Assembly: GCA_027484055.1 (NCBI GenBank)
Contig: JAIXQH010000055.1
Coordinates: 7,758-71,757, forward strand
Direction of reading: 5' to 3'
Length of the DNA stretch: 64,000 nt
Source: Verrucomicrobiaceae bacterium
GTDB taxonomy: Bacteria > Verrucomicrobiota > Verrucomicrobiia > Verrucomicrobiales > Akkermansiaceae
In this document: piece after piece, positions 56,895 through 64,000 of the stretch
Layout of the letters: every line of letters starts with the position of its first letter
Position numbering within the stretch: the stretch's first letter is position 1
The notes under the pieces: generated by a model
Databases searched by the model: none
Seen by the model: only the letters and a program-made list of their open reading frames with translations
What the model was told of the DNA's origin: nothing
Translations under genes and position numbers: made by a program

Positions 56895-57566
56895 ATGCCA
56901 GATGCCGTTTACGTCCATGATGCCTTCGCCAGAATCGCGGACCGCTATGTCCTCACCAACCACGTGCTCAGTGGCGGCATGGACATCTTGTGGCGGAAAA
57001 TTGTCACCGCCCGGATCAAGAAATGGCAGCCCGCCCGCCTGCTCGACGTAGCCAGTGGCACGGGTGATCTCGCTCTAGAAATCCAAGACCAGTGCCCGCA
57101 GACGGAAGTCATCGCCTCGGATTTCTGTGCAGAAATGCTGGTCCACGCCTCCAACCGCGGCATCGCGCAGACGGTCGTGGCGGATGCATTAAACCTGCCG
57201 TTTAAGGACGGAGAATTCGACGTGGTGACCGTCGCCTTCGGCCTACGCAACATGGCCGACTACCCCGGTGGCCTGCGGGAAATGAACCGGGTCCTTAAGC
57301 CGGGTGGCCGCTTGCTGATTCTCGATTTCTCCCTGCCCAACGGCATCATGCGCGGCCCTTACCGCTGGTATCTCCACCACATCCTGCCCCACTTCGCGGG
57401 CTGGCTGACCGGGGAAAAGGACGCTTACGAATACCTCGGCGGCTCGATCGAGGCGTTCCCATCGGGAAAAGGCATGACGGATCTACTGGAATCCTGCGGA
57501 TTTCACGACACCCAAGTGACCCCCATCACCTTCGGCGTGGTCACGATTTATGAAGGCACGCGCTAG
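56895..57566 (+). CDS. ubiE: Demethylmenaquinone/ubiquinone C-methyltransferase
   Basis: VHDAFARIADRYVLTNHVLSGG..WRK, the SAM motif LDVASGTGDLA, and FGLRN. Confidence 0.9.
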   Translation: MPDAVYVHDAFARIADRYVLTNHVLSGGMDILWRKIVTARIKKWQPARLLDVASGTGDLALEIQDQCPQTEVIASDFCAEMLVHASNRGIAQTVVADALNLPFKDGEFDVVTVAFGLRNMADYPGGLREMNRVLKPGGRLLILDFSLPNGIMRGPYRWYLHHILPHFAGWLTGEKDAYEYLGGSIEAFPSGKGMTDLLESCGFHDTQVTPITFGVVTIYEGTR

Positions 57567-57623
57567 ACGAGCTGGTGACCGATTGAGCCTCAGTCGGTAT
57601 GTGACCTGCTCAGCATCAAGCAG

Positions 57624-58619
57624 ATGGTGAATGACTTACTCGGACGAGGGCTGCGGGATCTGCGGATCTCCGTGACGGACCGCTGCAATTTCCGCTGCCG
57701 CTACTGCATGCCGGTGGAGGTTTTCGGCGCGGGATATGCCTTCATGCCGCGTGAGGATTTGCTGAGCTTTGAAGAAATCGTCACCCTCACCCGCGAATTG
57801 GTGCCCATGGGCGTGGAAAAAATCCGCCTCACCGGCGGTGAGCCGCTGCTCCGTCGGGGGCTGGAAGACTTGGTCGCGATGCTAGCGTCGATCGATGGCA
57901 TCAAAGACATCGCCATCACCACCAACGGCGTGCTGCTCGCCCACCATGCCGAGGCACTCGCACTCGCCGGCTTGAACCGCGTGACGGTAAGCCTGGATGC
58001 GCTCGATCCTACAATTTTCGCCCAGATGAACGGTGTCGGAGCCAAGGTCGAGCGCGTGCTCGCAGGGATCAGCTCCGCCCAAACCTTCGGTCTACCCGTC
58101 AAGGTGAACGCGGTAATCCAGCGTGGGGTGAACGAAAAAGAAGTCCTACCACTCGCCCACTGGGCCAAGGCAACAGGTGTGGATTTACGCTATATCGAGT
58201 ACATGGACGTGGGTGAAAGCAACGGCTGGAAGCTCGACCAAGTGGTCTCTGGGGACGAAATTTTAGCCATTCTCGCCGGAGAATTCCCACTTGTCCCCCG
58301 TCGTCCAGCCTACCGGGGCGAGGTCGCAGCGCATTGGCGTCACGTCGCGGGCGAGGGAGAAATCGGGCTGATCCGCTCGGTAACCCGGCCGTTTTGCCAA
58401 GATTGCCAGCGACTGCGACTCTCGGCGGATGGGAAAATTTTTACCTGCCTCTTCGCCGCAGAGGGGCACGACCTCCGTGGGCTCCTTCGCGGTGAATTAC
58501 CCGCCACCGCACTCGCCGCCACCGTGCGCTCGATCTGGCAGGCGCGCAGCGACCGATACTCCGAAGAGCGTGGCCAAGTCACCCGCCCTAAGGCAGAGAT
58601 GAGCTACCTCGGCGGCTAA
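57624..58619 (+). CDS. moaA: GTP 3',8-cyclase (molybdenum cofactor biosynthesis protein A)
   Basis: LRISVTDRCNFRCRYCMP radical-SAM motif and the C-terminal CxxCxR..(L)SADG block. Confidence 0.95.
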   Translation: MVNDLLGRGLRDLRISVTDRCNFRCRYCMPVEVFGAGYAFMPREDLLSFEEIVTLTRELVPMGVEKIRLTGGEPLLRRGLEDLVAMLASIDGIKDIAITTNGVLLAHHAEALALAGLNRVTVSLDALDPTIFAQMNGVGAKVERVLAGISSAQTFGLPVKVNAVIQRGVNEKEVLPLAHWAKATGVDLRYIEYMDVGESNGWKLDQVVSGDEILAILAGEFPLVPRRPAYRGEVAAHWRHVAGEGEIGLIRSVTRPFCQDCQRLRLSADGKIFTCLFAAEGHDLRGLLRGELPATALAATVRSIWQARSDRYSEERGQVTRPKAEMSYLGG

Positions 58620-58639
58620 GCGACTGGGCTGGGTCAGGC

Positions 58640-61600
58640 TCAGGAGAGCATCGACTCCAACTCCTCCATGCTCCAGCCAGCGGCGTCGCCCACGCCTTCC
58701 TCGTCGATGGCGGAAGCCAGCTCGCGCTTCTTCGCTTGGAGCCGTACGACTTTCTCCTCCACCGTGCCGCGCGTGAGAAGTCGGTAAACGGTGACCGGGC
58801 GGGTCTGCCCGATCCGGTGTGCACGGTCGGTTGCTTGCGCCTCTGCCGCCGGATTCCACCAAGGATCGAAGTGGACCACCGTGTCGGCCGCCGTGAGGTT
58901 CAAACCGTAGCCACCCGCTTTTAGGCTGATGAGGAAGACTGGCGGTCCGTCGGCTTGTTGGAAACGATCGACCAGCTGCTGGCGATTCCTCGATTTCCCA
59001 TCAAGGCGCAGACTGTCCCAGCCGCGCTCGGTGATGCATTTTTCGATTTCTTGCAACTGCGTCTGGAACTGACTGAAAATCAGCATCCGGTGATTTCCCG
59101 CGACAGCCTCTTCGATCAATTCCAACAGGCGTTGGAGTTTGGCAGAGCGCTTAGGGACCAACAGTTGATTGAATCGTTCGTTGCCAAGCAGCGCCAAGTC
59201 GCAACAGGTCTGCCGCAGCCGCAGCAGAGCGGTGAGCATCTGCATCCGGGCAGCACCTTTATTCCCTGAGTCGGCGATGGCATCCACGCGCTTGCGGCCT
59301 TGGATGAGGAGCTCTTTGTAAACCGCTTGCTGGTCGGCGCTGAGGTCGCAAAATTCGTCGATGAAGAGCTTGGAGGGCAGCTCGGGAGCGACTTGCTCTT
59401 TGGTCCGCCGCAGCAGGAAGGGTGAAATTTTCAAGCGCAGCCGCTCGATGACCGCGCCGGCGGATTCCCCGGTCGCCAGCGGGAGTTCGTAGCGATCCCG
59501 AAATTCTTCGCGATTCCCAAGCCAGCCGGGCTGGATGAAGCGGAAAATGGACCAGAGATCCTTCACGCCATTTTCAATCGGCGTACCGGTCAGCGCGATG
59601 CGGCACTGGGCACGGAGCTTCGACACAGCCTTCGCATGATCGGTATCGGGATTCCGCATCAAGCTGGCCTCATCCACGACGACGGCGCGGTAGTCGCGTT
59701 TTAAATGAGAGGCTAAATCCCGCGCGAGGGTGCCGTAACTGGTGAGCACTACGTCGCCTGACTCCACCTTTTCCCGCTCTTTATCCCGACTCGCCCCGTG
59801 CAGAATACGGACCGTGCGCTGCGGCGCAAAGCGACCGAATTCCGCCTGCCAGTTGCCCAACAGCGAGGCTGTCGCCACGACCATGACCACGCCGGAGTCC
59901 GTCGAATCAGACTCAAACAATCGTTCGATTAGAGCGATTGTTTGAATGGTCTTTCCCAGCCCCATATCGTCAGCCAGCAAGGCTCCGCCAAAGCGCTGGA
60001 CCCGATCATGCATCCAGCCCGCGCCCTGCGTTTGATACGGTCGTAGGGAAGCCACCAACGTGGCCGGTGAAGCGAATGGTAGCAGATCCGGTAACTCGTT
60101 AGCTTTATGTGACTTGTCGATTTTATTACGGATTTCACGAATCAGCTCACCAGATCGCGCTGAGGCCATGTAACGACCGTTTTCTTGACGGAGATCGAGA
60201 TCGGCGAAGAGCGGGTCGATGAGGTTGGCGATGTCATCCGAGATGATCAGGCGCCGTCCGGCTGAGGTGGCAGCGCTACCCTTGCCAGCACGAAGCAAGC
60301 GACGCACCTCAGCAGCAGGAACATCGACTCCATCACTCGTTTGAAACTTAAGATCGAAGCTCAACCAATCCTCTCCCGAGCCGATGATTTGGATTTGCGG
60401 GGAGACCACAGCGATTTGTTTTTGGACGTGGCTGAATCGTTCACCGTCGATGACGGTCCAGTCCTTGCGGAGCAGCGGGAGGGACTGGGTGAAGAAGTCG
60501 AGGATGGCAGACTCCCCCTTCATAACCCAACGCCCGTTTGAGAAATTTTCGACCACGAAGCCCGCACGAGTCAGCCGAGCCGCCGCCTGCTCCTCCTTCG
60601 CGAGGTCGCGGACTTCGCAGTGATCCGCAGCAAGACGAGGGAGGCCATCGACTTTTCCGAGACCGGGCGGGACAGGTGGGCTCGCCCCGTAACGGACGCT
60701 GAGCTGTGCCTCGAGGTGCTGGAGCGAGCCTTCGAGGGTGAGTTCGAAGGTGGCAGGTGCTTGGACAAAGTGGAGCGAGTCCAGCCACGAGCCGACCGGG
60801 AAATGGAGCCACTCTTGCCAGGAGGCGAGGTGATTGAAAAATTGTGAAGTCGCGACGGTGACGGATTTCCCTTGAGAAAGACTTTTCAGCGGCGCGGTCA
60901 GATCGCCGGGGATAGCCCCCTCCCCGACTCTGACGACCGAGTCCTCAGTGACTTGCCAAAACGAGCCACCAATGTCCGCCCAGGGGCCCGATGCGGGGTC
61001 TGGGATGAGGTGAATCTGCTCATTTTCATGATCCGCAGCACTGAGGCGAAGGCGTTCACCGGCGCGGATCTGGATGGAGAGCCGGTCTTTCCCAGCGCTA
61101 AGTCTGGGGTGCTCGGCAAGGCATTCGAGAAAGGAGGAAACGCGGGTTCCGTCGAGAACGAGGCTGAGCAGGTCTTTTTTAGCCACCCCCTCCTTGGCCA
61201 GCCAGGTGTTCAGCCGCTCGTCGGCAGCGGAAAGCTCCTCCTTCGAGGCAGTCGCAAGGGTGGCGGAGAGCTTGCCGCGGGCGAGGGCGTCGCGCCAGTT
61301 CAGTGGTAAGAGGACTTGCCATGGCAAGGCGACTGGCGGGGCGACGGCGGCGGGCTTTGAAACAACAGTTTGAAGGGATGAGTCAGCCTTACCGCGCTGC
61401 AAGGCGGCGAGACCCGCAGCAACGGCGTGGCCGCAAAGCGCGCCGGTGCGTTGATTTTCTTGGCAAGGGCAGTGAGTGTCCAGGTTCGTAGGGGATTTCA
61501 CGATGACCGTGCAGCGAAACACGCGTTTTCCAAGGCGGACGGCACCCTGCCAGCCCATTTGCCCAACCTTGGACTCAGTCACGGCTCCACTGTCGAAGAG

Positions 61601-61669
61601 GGATTTCCCTTCTTTAAATGACTGCCACGAGGCGGCAGTGCGGATGGTAGCTTCGGTCCAGACGGTCAT
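58640..61669 (-). CDS. SWIM zinc-finger / SNF2-family helicase
   Basis: The N-terminus carries CPCQ...CGHAVA (SWIM). LRPYQTQGAGWM and LADDMGLGKTIQ follow, then DEASLMRN. The helicase C-domain blocks are SLKAGGYGLNLTAADTVVHFDPWWNP and QATDRAHRIGQ. Confidence 0.9.
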   Translation of the reverse strand: MTVWTEATIRTAASWQSFKEGKSLFDSGAVTESKVGQMGWQGAVRLGKRVFRCTVIVKSPTNLDTHCPCQENQRTGALCGHAVAAGLAALQRGKADSSLQTVVSKPAAVAPPVALPWQVLLPLNWRDALARGKLSATLATASKEELSAADERLNTWLAKEGVAKKDLLSLVLDGTRVSSFLECLAEHPRLSAGKDRLSIQIRAGERLRLSAADHENEQIHLIPDPASGPWADIGGSFWQVTEDSVVRVGEGAIPGDLTAPLKSLSQGKSVTVATSQFFNHLASWQEWLHFPVGSWLDSLHFVQAPATFELTLEGSLQHLEAQLSVRYGASPPVPPGLGKVDGLPRLAADHCEVRDLAKEEQAAARLTRAGFVVENFSNGRWVMKGESAILDFFTQSLPLLRKDWTVIDGERFSHVQKQIAVVSPQIQIIGSGEDWLSFDLKFQTSDGVDVPAAEVRRLLRAGKGSAATSAGRRLIISDDIANLIDPLFADLDLRQENGRYMASARSGELIREIRNKIDKSHKANELPDLLPFASPATLVASLRPYQTQGAGWMHDRVQRFGGALLADDMGLGKTIQTIALIERLFESDSTDSGVVMVVATASLLGNWQAEFGRFAPQRTVRILHGASRDKEREKVESGDVVLTSYGTLARDLASHLKRDYRAVVVDEASLMRNPDTDHAKAVSKLRAQCRIALTGTPIENGVKDLWSIFRFIQPGWLGNREEFRDRYELPLATGESAGAVIERLRLKISPFLLRRTKEQVAPELPSKLFIDEFCDLSADQQAVYKELLIQGRKRVDAIADSGNKGAARMQMLTALLRLRQTCCDLALLGNERFNQLLVPKRSAKLQRLLELIEEAVAGNHRMLIFSQFQTQLQEIEKCITERGWDSLRLDGKSRNRQQLVDRFQQADGPPVFLISLKAGGYGLNLTAADTVVHFDPWWNPAAEAQATDRAHRIGQTRPVTVYRLLTRGTVEEKVVRLQAKKRELASAIDEEGVGDAAGWSMEELESMLS

Positions 61670-61717
61670 GTTCGGGCGAGTCTTTCCGGAACAGGACCGC
61701 TGGGCAACTTGATTAGA

Positions 61718-64000
61718 TCAGAGCTCGCCTTCGATGGCGACGGAGCCAAGCGCATGGCTCCGGTTCCGATAGAGCTCTGGCTTCACCACGGCGGCGAGGG
61801 TTTCTAGACTTCCGACCAGTGTGGTGCTAAGAAAATCCTGAATGCTGGGGAGCTGGGCGAGAGGGTCAGTCACAAGCCCGGGGTAGTTCACTTCCAACAG
61901 TTCGACGCGCCCGCTACCGCGCAGGGTGGCGAGCAATTTCTCAACATGGGCTTGCTGGGTCGCCTCCAAGTGATCTCGCTCGGACTTGGCGGCTTTACCG
62001 GAGTGATCGAGCATTTTCCATTGGGAGGCGACCACCTCAATAACTGGGCGGCGCATAAAAAGAATCTTGTAACGGTGCTTTGGCGGCAGACTTCCTAGCA
62101 GCAGGCTGACGACTTTGGTGACTTTACCGTGCGCCTGCTCGATAATGAGCGGTTGCTGCGGCATTTTTTTAATTTCCTCCCACTCCCAGTAGCCTTCTAG
62201 GTTGTCCTCGTCCGCTTGGCGAAGTTCATCGTGCATCAGGTCCATGCCACCGGCGCGAAGAATCTGCATCATCAGGCTGGTGCCAGAGCGGGGTAAGCCG
62301 GAAACGATGACGAATTCCTGATCGGCAGGCAGGGCGGAAGCCTCGCGCGCGGCGACTAGGGCCGCCGCTTGGGCACGACGTTTTTCGCGGTCCGCTATGA
62401 TTCCTGGCACGCGGGCACCGGACGCGGCACGGACTCGCTCGGTGGCGGCACGGTCCAAAGTGCGGTGCTGATGACGCAAGAGCTGGAGGGAGAGTCTTGC
62501 TCCGTCGGCAGCGTCCTTGGCCCCCTTTAGATGAAGCGCGGAGATCATGTAGCGCCAAGGCACGTAGAAGCGTGGTGACAACTCGGTGGCGATTTGCAGT
62601 GCCTGCACTGCGGCATCGTACTGGGCGAGTTCGTGCAGGGCCACACCCAGCAGGAAATGGCCGCGTGGGTTGCCGTATTGGTAGCCTATCGCCTCCAGCG
62701 CGTGATTCACGGCCCTGTCCGGTTCTCCCTGGTGCAAGGCGCAGCGGGCCAAGCCGATGTGTGCGAGCGCGTTCTGCGGGTCCACATCCAGCGTGGTGCG
62801 GCACACTGCTTGGCATTCTTCCCAACGGTGGAGCTTGAGCAGCGCCTCGATGCTCAGGCTCAGAAATTGCAGATCGCGTGGCTGCATCTCCCCGGCGATT
62901 GCGAGATGCTCCAGCGCTAGAGCGGCCTGCTTACGCTCGATGGCGATGTTCGCCTGGATCATGTGGGCAGCAGCGGCTTGCGCCTCGTTGAAGGTCGCGA
63001 GCGTGGCCGCCGCCGTAAGCTGCGCTTCATCCAGCAGGCCGAGCCGCATCTGGCAGCGGGCGAGCGTCTGCGCCCAATCAGTTCGCTCAGGCGTCCCGTG
63101 ATAGATTTCCTCCAGCAGCGGCAGCGCTTGTTCGTAGCGGCCAGTGTCCATGCAGGCGCGTGCCATATTCCACGCATTCTCACGAGTGGTCTCGGCAGCT
63201 GCTTGGGTGGGGTCTGTGGAAACATCGTTGATGTAACCGAGCGCCACAAATTGATCAAGTAAGGCTTTATTATCCGCGTCGGACAGCGGCACCACCGGGG
63301 CCGTGTGCGTCCGCCCGGTGTCCTCCCACGATGGAATGGTCTGCACTGTAGGCTTTTCCATGAAAGCTTCCACCAAGACGCGACCTTCCATGTCCGCTCC
63401 CACTGGCAGGCCGAAATACGTCAAAACCGTGGGTGCCACGTCCAGCAAGCGCGCGCCGTAAATCGCCTCACCGCGTTTGAACCCCGGCCCCATCGCCGCG
63501 ATGATCCCCTGCGGCCGGTGCCACACGGTGATGCCTGCTGGCACCCGGGGCGTGAACTTGGGCCGTAGGTGGTCACTGTGGAAGCCATGATCACTCACCA
63601 GCACCACCGCCGTCTCCGGGCCGGCGAGCTGTAGTAAACGCGCCAGCATGTGGTCATGAATCCGGTAGGCCCCGGCCACCACCTCCTGATACATGGCGTA
63701 GTCCTCGTCCTTCGTCCCCTCGATCTGTGGCGGATGGTAGAGCATGAATTCATGGCATATCTCATCGATCGCTCGATAGTAGATTCCCATAAAATCCCAA
63801 TCCGGCCGATGCTCCAATAGCCAGCACGAGGCCGCATGAACGCTGAAGGCCTCCGCAAGCCGCTGGGCTAGGTGCCAGAGGCGCGGGTCTTTCTGTTGGT
63901 CGATCTGATCGGCATGCGGGACGAAGAGGCGCAGCACCTCATTCCCATCCATGTCCCACGGGCTCACCCGCAGGTGATTCAGCCGCTCCGCGAGATCTGC
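61718..64000 (-). CDS. Alkaline-phosphatase-superfamily (type I phosphodiesterase-like) + TPR + sulfotransferase fusion protein; N-terminus off the right edge
   Basis: VVLVSDHGFHSD and DVAPTVLTYFGLP (AlkP core), a central block of TPR repeats, then a C-terminal SGLPRSGTSLM (5'-PSB loop) and FMRRPVIEVVAS (3'-PB-like). The frame stays open from 63967 to 64000. Confidence 0.8.
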   Translation of the reverse strand, partial: ADLAERLNHLRVSPWDMDGNEVLRLFVPHADQIDQQKDPRLWHLAQRLAEAFSVHAASCWLLEHRPDWDFMGIYYRAIDEICHEFMLYHPPQIEGTKDEDYAMYQEVVAGAYRIHDHMLARLLQLAGPETAVVLVSDHGFHSDHLRPKFTPRVPAGITVWHRPQGIIAAMGPGFKRGEAIYGARLLDVAPTVLTYFGLPVGADMEGRVLVEAFMEKPTVQTIPSWEDTGRTHTAPVVPLSDADNKALLDQFVALGYINDVSTDPTQAAAETTRENAWNMARACMDTGRYEQALPLLEEIYHGTPERTDWAQTLARCQMRLGLLDEAQLTAAATLATFNEAQAAAAHMIQANIAIERKQAALALEHLAIAGEMQPRDLQFLSLSIEALLKLHRWEECQAVCRTTLDVDPQNALAHIGLARCALHQGEPDRAVNHALEAIGYQYGNPRGHFLLGVALHELAQYDAAVQALQIATELSPRFYVPWRYMISALHLKGAKDAADGARLSLQLLRHQHRTLDRAATERVRAASGARVPGIIADREKRRAQAAALVAAREASALPADQEFVIVSGLPRSGTSLMMQILRAGGMDLMHDELRQADEDNLEGYWEWEEIKKMPQQPLIIEQAHGKVTKVVSLLLGSLPPKHRYKILFMRRPVIEVVASQWKMLDHSGKAAKSERDHLEATQQAHVEKLLATLRGSGRVELLEVNYPGLVTDPLAQLPSIQDFLSTTLVGSLETLAAVVKPELYRNRSHALGSVAIEGEL

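Noticed and set aside
57567-57623. Moco riboswitch upstream of moaA
   Set aside because: The gap is only 57 nt, too short for the ~130-nt Moco motif. It holds only a small imperfect hairpin.
58640-61669. SWIM-SNF2 helicase as part of a DISARM-, BREX- or Zorya-like defence system
   Set aside because: No methyltransferase, PLD nuclease, DUF1998, protease or other partner genes are adjacent. The architecture (SWIM + SNF2-associated region + SNF2 + helicase C) is that of widespread stand-alone bacterial SNF2 proteins.

Overview
This is a 64-kb chromosomal segment, read by eye from the sequence and the ORF track with no searches run. Core genes are GC-rich with strongly G/C-biased third codon positions. 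The gene content suggests a Verrucomicrobiota/PVC-type genome, which is an inference: a MoxR-DUF58-VWA 'Bat' operon, TamB without TamA, a short sigma-70, and secreted proteins with TSP3-like C-terminal modules. I support about 58 CDS, one tRNA-Thr(UGU), three intrinsic terminators and one sigma-54 promoter. I saw no rRNA, no CRISPR array, and no recognisable transposase, integrase or phage gene. Most of the window is housekeeping: coaX, amtB, hisC, mnmE, tyrA-aroA-cmk-plsC, nuoF, sdhCA, rplT/rpmI, pgk-tpiA, bioB, ruvC, lipB, ubiE, moaA. Many ORF-track entries are GC-driven antisense or overlapping artefacts, or N-terminally over-extended; I give corrected starts where the sequence supports them. 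I did not find a convincing complete new multi-gene system. The observations most worth a second look are these. (1) An unannotated ~171-bp element occurs twice (15935-16105 and 28039-28209). Colinear short GC-rich motifs lie beside both copies, and each copy sits in front of AT-rich orphan genes for secreted or membrane proteins. (2) A toxin-antitoxin patch (54.9-55.9 kb) holds an orphan antitoxin, a possible toxin stub, and a DUF433/DUF5615 pair whose toxin appears frameshifted. (3) A consensus sigma-54 promoter with an upstream palindrome precedes amtB. (4) Several proteins have unusual architecture: a small secreted protein with a caspase/CHAT-like His...Cys dyad, an aldehyde dehydrogenase lacking its catalytic domain, a divergent IF-1 paralog, CBM2-Calx-GH9-lyase-like, and AlkP-TPR-sulfotransferase next to SWIM-SNF2. 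(5) sdhCA lacks sdhB and nuoF is orphaned beside xdhC.
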